From Cycas panzhihuaensis (taxonomy: Eukaryota; Plantae; Cycadophyta), in assembly GCA_023213395.1 (NCBI GenBank), contig CM041465.1, forward strand, positions 163,067,741-163,131,740: 64,000 nt of DNA. The letters are read 5' to 3'. Made by a program: the position numbers and the translations under genes. The first letter of the stretch is position 1. Each line of letters starts with the position of its first letter. Below are positions 25,033 to 36,054 of the stretch, piece by piece. Below the pieces are notes generated by a model. The model saw only the letters and a list, made by a program, of their open reading frames with translations. It did not search any database and was not told where the DNA came from.

Positions 25033-28000
25033 CAAAGGTATGAATCCCTGGCAGAGACTTCAAGTTGTCAAGGATTTGCTCATTGAATTGGAAATATCAG
25101 TTCCCATTTCTGTAGTCTTTAGATGATGGAAGGCTAGTTATTTCCTAGATCATATCGAGAAGCCAGTGATGAGGGTGATTAAGGACAATGGGATAGATCC
25201 TAGAGTTTCGATGGTTATCCTAGGAATGACTTTGTGCAAACTATCATGAATGGAGGATTGAGAGTTAATGTATTGCCCAAATCTTCTTGGATAGATCTGG
25301 GAAGGCCAGAAGTCGTTGTTCCAAACTACTCAATTAGATTGGCTAACCAACTTCAGGGTAGACCAATGGGGACATTGATGAATGTTCCTATCACTATAGT
25401 TGAAATTAAAGTTTTGATAGATTTCATGATAGTTCGAATGCAAAGTCATAGAAAATCCTATCCTGCATTGCTAGGAAGACCATGGCTTTTGGCAACCAAG
25501 GCCATTCAAGACTAGGGAGACTTTACTTTTACAGTCAAAGTAGGTAATAAATCTAGAACTTTGTTATTGTGTTTTGATGGACCTCAGATTGAGAAGATTG
25601 AAGACGAAGAAAAGACTTCCTTTACAACTGTTGAGACAGAACCCACAGTAAGTCCCTATTCAGAAACAGCATATCAATAGCAGTCAATGTTACCAAGCAA
25701 CGCATCATTCTCTTACATGATGAACTAACTTCAAAATGCATGAGATGAAGCTGGAGTAGCTTCTTGCTACAGGTTGGAACTATGTCTTGACTCTTCAAAT
25801 GATGAATGAATGGAAGCAAATTTAACGAAGGATCTACCCCAAAGTCTCCAAGATGGAGCAACACTATAGAAGGATCTACAAAGTTCCAGAGATAACATAG
25901 AAATTCGCAATGAGATTTCTGAAAGTCTACCAAAATTCTAGGGCTAGTTGGGCTAACCAAAAAAACATCTGCAACATTGTATTCAAATTTTAACAAATAA
26001 AGGCCAAGAAGAATTTTGTTATTCCTTATTTTCATTGTCCCCCATAGGACAAGCGTTTTCGTGGTATGATGCTCACATTGATAATCTTAAATCCTAGAAT
26101 GAATTGAGTAAACAACTTTTAATTAGATTTCAAAAACAAGGAACGAAGTTGCCAATATTTTTGAATGGTGAGGACCCCAAAAGTCACATACAAAAATGTG
26201 TGCATACTTGGGTCATAAATCAGGTTCCCAAAATTGAAAGGGTGCCAAGGTGGGCTCACACCTTTGAGGGAATCTCGATAGTATGGTACAACCACTGTGA
26301 ACAAAGGAAATTAGCAGATTAGAAATTGTTGTTTGAGAACTTTTTTAGAACGTTCACATATCATAGTGAAGATGAAGAAATTAAAAAAATTCTAACCAAC
26401 CTTGAGATGAAAATGATGGAGGCTAATAAGAATTGCTTTCAAACAGAAGACCTGGAATCTAAATCTAGAAAAGATTCAATCAAAGAAGAGGAAAACACGT
26501 GCAAGTTCCCTCTAGACTACTCCACTGTGGAGTATGCAAAATGGATGATTAATCAAACTCTAGCATACATATTGGATCAAGATGAAAAAACAATTCAAAG
26601 TAAACAAATGAATATTAAACAGATTAATGTTAGAATGGAGGAGCAACCTCAAATGATCTCCATAGGAGTTTACTAGGACACAGAAACTATGTAGCAGGCA
26701 ACAACGCTATTCTTAGAATATGTCTTCACTTAGTCATATAAGGATCTGAAAGGCATACCACCAGAAGTGGGAGAGCATCAAATAGAACTAGTAGAAGGGG
26801 CAAAGCCTGTTCGACAACGTCCCTACAAAATGAATACCAAATATAAGGAAAAGGTAAAAATTGAATTGTTTAAATTATTAGAAGTTGGTTATATTTTTGA
26901 AGTTGAAAATAGTGAATGGGGATCAGTCTAGTGGTGGTGGTCCCAAAGAAAAATAGGAAACTTCGAGTCTGTGTAGACTACAGAGCTCTCAATAAAGTAA
27001 TGAACAAAGATCCTTTTCCTATTCCATTCACCGCAGACGTCCTAGAAAAGGTGGCAGGACATGAAATATATTCTTTCATGGCTAGATTCAACATGTACAA
27101 CATGGTTAGGATTGCCCTGGAAGGTCAGTTGAAGACAACATTTGTCACCAAATGGGGAACCTATGCATATAGAGTCATGCCTTTTGGATTGACTAATGCA
27201 CTAGCCACCTTTCAACGAGTGATCTTGAACATATTTCAACAAACTATTGGTAAGACAATCGAAATGTATTTGGATGATTGGATAGTCTATACCTTGCTCA
27301 AGAATCATCTTAAAAAATTGCAATTAATGTTAGAAACTTGTAGGAGTAAATTGTGTTTGAATCCAGCAAAATGCACGTTCATGGTTCCATTTGGATCTCT
27401 ATTGGGATGTGGTAACGAGGGATAGGTTACAAACAAACCCAAACAAAGTTGCAGTAATCTTAAATTTTCCGACACCAAAAACAACAAAGCAAGTAAAAGG
27501 CTTTCTGGGCATAATAGGATACTATAGGATATTCATTAAGGAATATGCCCAAATAGATAATCCCCTAGAATCCCTATTGAAAAAAAAAAAACTGCGTGGT
27601 AGTGGGAATTGCAACAACAACTTGTATTTGATCAGCTAAAGAAAAAGATTACACAACACCTATTTTAAGATTCCTAGATTAGGATAGACAGTTTCATGTG
27701 CATGTTGATGCCTCATTACTTGCCATTGGGTGTATATTGGCTCAACTAGGAGATGGCAATGTAGATCTTCCTATCTACTTTGCTAGTCAGAAATTGAGAT
27801 AAGCGAAGCGCAATTATTCAGTGACAGAGCGAGAAGGCCTAGGAATGGTTTATGCCTTACAAAAATTCAAACACTAATTATTAGCTAATCCATTTATTTT
27901 CTTTGTAGATCATCAGGCTCTCCAATATTTGGTTAATAAGCCGATTTTGCAAGGAAGGATCAACAGATGGTTGATGTTGTTCCAAGAATTCAATTTTAAA

Positions 28001-29387
28001 ATCATGGTCAAGAAAGGGGAAAAACATATTGTGCCTAACTTGTTATCAAGAGAAGCAAATGGGGAACCTGCCATGGGAATACATGATGATTTTCTAGATA
28101 CTAAATTGTTTTCCATTGAAGCAGTAACAAAATGGTATGAAGGAATCACGAAATATCTTGCTACAAGACGTACACCAATGGGACTTGAGTGAGTAGAAAG
28201 ACGAAGTTTTATTTGGAAAACATTCCCATTCCAATCGATACAGGGAATGTTCTATCAACTTGGACCAGACGAAGTACTACGACGATGCATATTGAAGCAT
28301 AAGGTCAAGGCAATAATACAAGAAACCCACGAAAGAGTGGCCGCAAGATATCAGAGCAGTGAATCAACAGCACAAAAAAATTTTGCTTTCAGAATTATGG
28401 TGGCCAACGTTGTTCGAGGACATCGAGAAATGGTTTCAAAGCTGTGATGTTTGTCAACGCATGGGCAAGCCAAGAATATGCCACTCCATGCCCCTACATC
28501 CGATCCTAGCTTGAGCTCCATTTGAAAATTTGGGATTGGATTTCATAGGACCTATTAGTCGCCCGACGAAACAAACAAATGCAAGGTACATTCTAGTTGT
28601 CGCAAATTTCCTAACTAAATGGACAAAAGCACGACCTATGAGAACTTGCGGCACTAAGAGTACAACTAGATTTTTGTATGAAATAATTATTGTTCATTTT
28701 GGTTGCGCCTTAGAAATAGTATCGAATCAAGGTAATAGTTTTCTGAATAGTACCATAAAACATCTTACCAATGAACTCATGATCCAATGCTATCAATCCT
28801 CTCCTTATTATCCCAGGGCTAATGGGCAAGTAGAGAGCACTAACAAAATTTTGATGTTAACCTTCTCTAAAATTTGTAGTGAAGAAAGGATCGATTAGGC
28901 AGAACGTTTGCATTCTATCCTTTGAATAGACAAGACAACAATCAAAAGACCCCATAAACAAACCTCGTTCTAGTTGGTATATGATCTGCAAGTTGTACTC
29001 CCATTAGAATTTCAAGAAGAAAGCTTGCAGGTAGTAGTTCAACTGCAGATGCAGGAGCAAGATTCTCAAGACCAGAGGATCGTGGAGCTATTAAAGCTCA
29101 ATGAGCGAAGAGCCAAAGCTTTATGGGAATTGAAAGGGGAAAAGAAAAGATGAAAAGTGTGGCATGATCGACATTTGAAGACACCGCATTTCAACAAAGG
29201 GGATTTGGTCCTAATGTATGATAGCAAATTTCAAATGAAACCTGGAAAGATGAAATTGTGATGATTAGGACCATACAAGATAGAACATATTGGGCAAAAC
29301 AGAGTAGTCCAACTCAAGCAGCTCGATGGAACCCTGTTATCAAAGGTGATCAATAGAAGTCAATTGAAGCCATATATAGCAAGGTAG
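25033..29387 (+). pseudogene. G2 pol: protease, extra capsid-like segment, RT, RNase H, integrase (disrupted)
   Basis: YPALLGRPWL (PR); LRVCVDYRALNKV, VMPFGLTNA, MYLDD (RT); FHVHVDAS, INRWLMLFQEF (RH); GLDFIGPI, YYPRANGQVESTNK, GPYKI (IN). Confidence 0.92.
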
Positions 29388-29761
29388 GAAAAAAATAAAA
29401 GGATGCGAATCATGAGGGTAGTAAACACATTGTAATCATCGCAAAAATAGCCTATGAAAGGACTGCAAAACGAGGAAGATTGCAATCGATAATGGCGGTT
29501 TTGGTCACAATCATCGAAGTAGATCAATGGTTGTGATCAAATGGTTACAAGCTGTTATTTACTATGATGTGATTGCAATTTCGATGATTATCCTTTCGAT
29601 GATCATAATATGACGAGGGAGGACAGCCAAGACAAGTCATGATTGCTATCAATTTATTGTTTGATGAAACTTCCTTTATAAGGTGTTATTAATAATTACT
29701 TCGGCCAAAGAAAAGTTTTAGCTCAGACCCTATAGACCAGTGCAGAAAAGATAGAGCAAGC

Positions 29762-31545
29762 ATGGCGACTAGCGAGTTGCAACAATTGACGATGGGATTT
29801 CGAGAATCAGATGATGAACAGATTCGTAAACAATGGCTCGAAATACCACTAGAAGATCCCTAGAAAAAGAATTTGACAGCCACAGGATTTGGACAGTATA
29901 TTTCGGTGGGCGTCCTACCATTTATTTTTTATTTCTCTCAGTCATGACCACAATGGTAGTGCAACAACCCTCCCTGCTAGATTATTTGCATAAAGCAACC
30001 ACGTGATTCACTGGCTTACCCAATCAAGAACCGAACATTCCTAGAGACAAACAAATTTTGAGGGAACAAGCGACATGCCAAATTAGAGCAAAGAAATCCG
30101 ACATTTCCAACTCAAAAATCTATATTTCAAGGATTTCTTTACAGGAGATACGATGGGTTATGCATTATTTGTTTACCCGAGTAATATTAGGACAAAAAGC
30201 TCTTTTTGTTCCAAGTCATTTATTTTCCATGTTGATCAAGGTCATAGAGGGACAATAGTTTAATTGGACTAGATTTCTCTCTAATAGATTTTTAAAGAAT
30301 CTGGAAAGTGTAAGAAATGCCACACAATTTGTTATGTTTTTCTATCCAACCTTGCTTCAGGGATTGTTATTCTCACAATGTCCAGGTGTTAAATGCCCAT
30401 CGATGGATGAAGGTCAAACCATTTTGGCAAAAGTGGACCAAAATGTTTTCTAGAGAATGAGGGGCGTGGTTCGATACAATTGGCAAGACTACAGGAGCAA
30501 GTGAAGACTTAGATTCATCAACAATGGCAGGTCGGAAACCCACAGTCATGTCTAATAAGTAAAGAAGAAGAAGAGGAAGAAGATAAGAAACTACGAGAAG
30601 TGGTGACCTCATGAACTCAGGCTAGGGTGCAAGACCGAGATCAGAGAAAAAGGATGAAGACAAAGATAAACAAAAAAAGACAGAAATTAGAAGAGGGAAA
30701 TGGAAAATGGGAGAAGACCTGACTACTACAGATGAAGAAGTCAACAGAGTTGCAGAATAGCCACGGATGACCACACCAACAGTATTGAAATGTACTGAAG
30801 AAGAGTGCCAAAAACAGAGAAAGTTGGTTACAGAGAAAAGATGACAAAAAATTCTAAAGCAATTGAATAGTCAACCACCGGAAGTAGATTTTGATCCCTC
30901 TCAAGACATTTTGGAAGAAGGCTTGGACCCAATGACTTGTGATCCCCAAGATGTTTCACAGTGGAAAACATCTTTCTTAGCAAAGGTTACTAGACAATTG
31001 GTAGCTGAGGTCGAACAGAGGACTAGGAGAGCTCTGCCAATTATGCAGAGGATTCAAAAGTTGGGGGAGAAACTAGCCGCTACGGAAGCTCATTCGCAAT
31101 TTCTGAAGAAATTCATTATGGATTGGGTAAGGGATACAAACATCGTCAATCACCATATGCAAGCATTCAAAGCCTATTTTAAGCAGGACATTTCCCTTAG
31201 ATTGCATGAAGTCATCTATGAATTGGAAGCTTAGATCCCGGAATTACAAGAGAATCCCATGCATGCCAAATGATTTTGGAGTAAAATTCATCATTTGCAT
31301 CAGAAATTGCATATGGCCAAACAGTTGAATAATGAGCTTACAGAAGAAATTGAACATCTACATTCAGGGGAAAAACCTACTTTGGTGTAGTTGGACGCTT
31401 TGCACGATGTCGGCATCTTGTTTGATCATTGTTGATCTCAAAGAGTCCAAGTACCACCTACCATTATGCAACCTAATCCTATTTATATGCGACAGTCGAT
31501 GAATAAGTTGCACAAGGAGAGGAAAGAGGCACAGTGGTCATAGAT
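29762..31545 (+). pseudogene. Extra 3' ORF of G2 (unknown function, disrupted)
   Basis: ATG at 29762 (MATSELQQLTMGFRESDDEQIRKQWLEIP) with TATA-like TTTATAA at 29675; fragments 30058-30258 and 30863-31234 (coiled-coil-like); lies between the pol stop and the PPT. Confidence 0.65.
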
Positions 31546-31630
31546 CAAAAATTTTTGGAGAAAGGAGTTGGGGTAAAAATTTTTGAACTAAAACGAGTGA
31601 GGGCACTCATTGGTTTTATGACGAGGGAGA

Positions 31631-32309
31631 TGTGTGCAGGCGAAAATGTGCATATACTTTTGGTCAAAGTAGTAGTTGCGATCAAGTTGCAATGTTAATC
31701 ATGACCAAGTCGCAGTTGGAACAACAATTGCAATCAAATCACAGTTGAAGTCGTTATTGCAACCAGGTCATAGTTAGAGCAACAATTGTGACCAAATCGT
31801 GATTGAAGCTACAATTGCGACCAAGTCGCAATTGGAGTTACGATTGCAACCAGATCACACTTGGAGCAACGGTTGTGACCAAATCGCAGTTGAAGCAGTA
31901 GCTGCAATCAAACCGCAATTGAAGTCGGATTGTAATTGATGACACAATCATAACCCAGTGCAAGTGAACAAGAACCGATTGTTTTGTTTGTTGTTTTGTA
32001 TAAACTATTGAACCATTTCATATATAACAAACAATGGTTAAACCGTTTATTTTCATGTATAAAGAAGAGTCAGTTTAGGAAATAAGGGACATGAACAAGT
32101 GCATGCACGCATAGTTCTTCTTGCTATAGCAGGCTTGACGCTGCAACTATAATCCTTGTGTATTGTTCGAGCCTGCGTCTGGTTGTGAGAGGACCAGACA
32201 CATCTCCCTATTCCAATGATATCATGTGTTGCATCCATTTTTGTGTTGCTTGTGCTTGTTTTATCTAGTTAGTGTTGTAATCTTTGAGTGAGATAAAGCA
32301 ACGCACACA
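31631..32309 (+). repeat. 3' LTR of G2
   Basis: TG...CA termini, follows the PPT, homologous to the 5' LTR. Confidence 0.9.
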
Positions 32310-32639
32310 ACTTCTCCCATGGGTCGTCTATCCTCCCTTAAGGTCCCTGTTACTTTCATGTTTTACAAAATCGCTTCTTTCTGCTTCTATATTTTGCAAA
32401 ATCGCCTCTTCTTGCCATGTTAATCTACTTACTCAACTATGTTATATTTTGCGGAGTCGCCTCTTTCTATTGAAATATCTATCTACTCAACTATGTCATT
32501 AGGTTCTTTGTACATACCATCTATTACACAACATAATTATCATAGCATAATTGACAAACATCACCAAAAAGACCCAATTACATCATCAGATAAAGGACTA
32601 AATAAACACGTGGTCACACTAGATACAATTCAACACTTT

Positions 32640-33111
32640 TCACAATGAGGATGAAGTTTATACAAGGGGACAAACATCAGCCATAAAGCATGGGTCACCA
32701 CCTGTTATGTCTGTCAGTTGCTAGAATGTCCCTCAAATACATAGTTCATCATCCTATCAACTGAAAGTCCATATAAGACATGACCATCCATCGAAGCACA
32801 CAAGTAACCAACTATTGAGCCCGTTGGTTACTAGGATGTCCCTCGGTTACATGGTTCATCATGGCTAACTGAAAACTATATCTTGGGGATTATTTTGTGC
32901 CAATATGTCTAGTGTTGCAGAATGGATTTATTGTTGGGAGTTGATGCAATCATTATTCTTACTAGAAGTTGTTATTGTACTTATTGCTACCATCAAATCC
33001 TGTTGTGGACAAGAAAAAACATCAAAAAGATTGAGAGAAAAAAAAAATACTCACCATTGCCTCATATACCTGCATCTCGCAGTCACCTTCATCTTCTATA
33101 GTATGCCTCTG
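32640..33111 (-). pseudogene. Putative further exons of the captured host-gene fragment (57-nt exon 33055-33111 and exon from 32999 downward)
   Basis: TGTAG|QRHTIEDEGDCEMQVYEAM|GTGAGT, then a U-rich 55-nt intron ending CAACAG; next segment reads DLMVAISTITTSSKN and contains a ~38-codon repeat (MMNHVTEGHPSN / MMNYVFEGHSSN). Confidence 0.45.
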
Positions 33112-33514
33112 CTACAATCACTACGTACTTGAGAATTTTATATTGTTAATCAATATTAGGTCATTACAATAGACTTGAAGTGTGTCTGGATCACACCTCA
33201 ACATTAGACAACATATAACCCATTCATGACTAGGTGCACAAAATGTTAGGTGCTCAACTAGCCAGGCTTATACCTAAAAGCAACATTCTTCAACTAGCCA
33301 TGTACAAATATCAGTAATGCTCAATCACCGGTCAATACCCTAAACAAGAGGAAAAAAATATGCAAGTATGCAGTGTTGATCAAGCACTGCACTTGTTTAC
33401 CATATAATAGGGTATAATCATACATATACGTCTGAAGCTTAATGACAACATTAACTCCATTAAAAGAATCATAAGTTGTAGTCTAGTGCCATATTCTTAA
33501 ATTAATTTGCAGGT

Positions 33515-34300
33515 CACATGAATGAGTTTGGGCCACCAACTTGATTTCCCTCCATAGAAGAAGTGTCTAATTTTAACTTGCCTTGGATTCCATCAAATGA
33601 TTTGACAATACAGACCAAGTCTGAACCAGAACAACTATCATTCCCATGTAGCCTCTTATCATGCACTAACTCAAAAACTATGTGTCCTTTAAGACTTTTT
33701 CATCCAAGCTCCGATTTAAGGCATTCCACGCTGTGGGTAGAGACCAGAAAGATAATCCAAAGGGTGAAATATAAACAAATTCTTGAAAATCTTTTTTCTT
33801 TCTAGGCCTTGGGTCAATTTTCCATCCTGTAGCCAATAGATGATCCTTTGCCCATTCACACAAACTCTTTCGTAACTCAAAAATAGGAAGTTTCTTCTCA
33901 GCCTCCTGATTTTTTGATGAGACATATAAACTGACTCTTTGGTGTTTTATCAACACACCTTTGTTTTTATTTTTGACTTTGGCTTTGGATAAAGTTTTCT
34001 TTAAAATCTTCCTATATAACAACTTTTTCATATTGTTACCCTTAATTTCTAATGATCTACTTGCTTCGCTACCTCTTAAAACCATATTCGAGTTGAAGAT
34101 TATAGCCAATGTATTGTGCCCTAATCTCTTGTTGGTCCTATACGCATTCAGTCTACCAAAGACATGGATATAGGCCAAATTTTCAGCCATATAATGGCTT
34201 AAGATCATGCCATCCTCAAATGCTTCAACAACAAGAATTATTATCTACTTTGATTTCTTAACTCGAAATGTTGGGATTGAGCCTTCCAAGTTCACGCCAT
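33515..34300 (-). pseudogene. Captured gene fragment encoding an IDM1/ROS4-family N-terminal DUF7028 (MBD-like) domain
   Basis: ORF 33678-34208 contains ELRKSLCEWAKDHLLATGWKIDPRPRKKKDFQEFVYISPFGLSFWSLPTAWNAL, matching the recalled motif L..AGW.I..R.R......VYI.P.G...WS...A..AL of PHD/GNAT IDM1-like proteins; upstream in-frame stop and a frameshift after the domain. Confidence 0.75.
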
Positions 34301-34304
34301 GTCA

Positions 34305-34646
34305 ACTCACACACACACACACACACCCATACATGTACATGAATGCTCTTTTTATAGTCCTTCTCCTAACCATTTCCTAACTAATTTCCAACTAACTCAT
34401 TAATGACAATTTGTTAACAATAACAATAATTACATACATTGTTATAATTGAAATCGTGGTCACAATTGTACTTCTAGTCATACCTAAATTGCGATCAAAT
34501 CTCTAATCATACTTCTAGTTGTACTTAGACTATGATCGAAACTTTAGTCACACTTTCAATCGTACCTGGGTTGCAATCAAAAGTTTAATCGTACTCCTAA
34601 TTGTACTATGATTTGCTTTCTTAAGCTTGTTTTTCCTCCTTACACA
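34305..34646 (-). repeat. Truncated 5' LTR of C (U3 plus TATA; R/U5 missing)
   Basis: Homologous to 16459-16784; homology ends at the (CA)n tract ~45 bp downstream of TATAAAAA (~34348-34355 on minus). Confidence 0.88.
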
Positions 34647-34651
34647 GCTAG

Positions 34652-35528
34652 GTCTAATTGCTTGTACCATGTTAAGGGTAAACCCCATAATAAGTAAGCG
34701 AACCTAACTTTAATCTCGTCTTCATCTCTTATCTTTTTCATATTTCCCAAATTCTAAAATAGGTAAACATATTTGTTTGCATCAATTGTATTGTCAAAGA
34801 TAAGTCACCCAAACTCCCTTGAATCCGCCATCTTTGGAATACTTAGCAGCTCACTTCTCCTTTGTGAGAATCTGGGTGGAGTAACTTGCCCTTTTTGAGG
34901 TGCAACTTCTTCTATTACTACATTATTCTTAAATATCCTTCATGGACTTTCCTCCCCACAACTTCCTCTTTCGAACGACGAATTCCTAAAGGGTGTCCTT
35001 AAATAAATAAGTTCTAGATGCCCCCGTATTTGCACTATCAATGGTGTTGTAATCAAGAATGACTACTCAAATCCTTTTTCTAACGTATCGTCAAATAACT
35101 ACCTTGTTAGTTGATTCTCCTAATATGCCGAGGAATCTTCCTCTACCTTCTCCTCCTAATCACTCAAGTCCTTCGAACTAGAGTCCACACTTAATCCTTC
35201 TTCCTTTCCTAGAGTTTCTCTTTCCTCCTTTGAAGTATTATTTTCTTCCTTTGAGTTTTCTTCTTCCTTGTTTTCTAAGCAAAGCATGTCTAATTCAAAT
35301 GTGACAAGTGTAATCACCATCGACTCTCCATGTCCTTCATTTCTAGGTTTTTGAGGTATCTGGGCATCACTTGCCTCAGACCCTTCGACAGGCCATCCCT
35401 TGGTCTTGTCATCTTTACTAGAACTTAGCCTCTTTGCCCTTCTTAGTTTCTTCTCGTTTGCCCATTTCATGGCCCTTTGTCTGGATAACTCTAGTATTCC
35501 CTTAGGTGAAAGTTTTTTAGGTGGTTCA
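34652..35528 (-). pseudogene. G1 gag N-terminal half
   Basis: Acidic/basic N-terminus (PPKKLSPKGILELSRQRAMKW) and GLPLTWYKQLD, which joins LAKTWENIDKEYEERF across the C TSD. Confidence 0.75.
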
Positions 35529-36054
35529 TGTTGAAAGTGGCCCAAAGGCCTACAAGTGCAAGATCTAGAAGATAGAATATCCCTAGTTCTAGAAAGCAAG
35601 AGATCTAGTCTAAAGATGAAAATAACATAAACATGAGCAAGATGAAATCACAAAAGAGAGTGAGTAAATGATACCAAGCGGGAGGAGATGGAGTTGGTCC
35701 AACCTCCAGAGAATAACAGTTTGATTAGCAAACTGGCAGCATAATAATACAACTCAAACTCTATATGTGAGATATGAGAAATGGTCTCAATATATAGAGT
35801 GATTGAAGAAACCTAAGGTACATGCCTTCCATGTAGGACATGCATCCTTTTGGGCTCTTGAGTGAGCAAAAGTACATGAGAGTCCATTTGTCCCTTAAGT
35901 GACAACATTATGCCACTAGAAAGAATATGGGTGTGTACTTTATCACTTAAGTGATAAGTCACCCCATAAAGTACAAAAGTACAAAATAATACATTAGAAT
36001 AAAGTACATTGACTTAACATGTAAACATAAGGTTTAACACCCCTCCTTATTGTT

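Larger units (their letters stand above)
16965..32309 (+). mobile_element. Element G2: near full-length non-chromovirus Ty3/Gypsy (Phygy/Selgy-like) with extra 3' ORF; hosts E
   Basis: LTRs 16965-17676 and 31631-32309; TSD ACTTT/ACTTC; PPT ATGACGAGGGAGA 31618-31630; degenerate PBS TGGTTATGTTGCC after the 5' LTR; gag-PR-RT-RH-IN order. Confidence 0.9.
16205..34646 (-). mobile_element. Element C: Gypsy-type LTR element lacking gag-pol and PBS, carrying a captured host-gene fragment; hosts G2
   Basis: Perfect TSD GCTAG at 16200-16204 and 34647-34651; full 3' LTR 16205-16784 with PPT (GTGTTGGGGGAGA on minus, 16785-16797); partial 5' LTR 34305-34646 homologous to 16459-16784; G1 gag reads across the TSD. 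Confidence 0.88.

Noticed and set aside
32660-32880. ATGATGA..CTGA pattern on minus resembling a C/D snoRNA or a hammerhead core, in two copies
   Set aside because: No GAAA hammerhead core, terminal stem or guide; better explained as a coding repeat in the captured gene fragment.
32530-34304. Captured segment as a Helitron or Pack-TIR insertion
   Set aside because: No TC/CTRR ends, terminal inverted repeats or own TSD seen at either junction; not fully excluded given the age.
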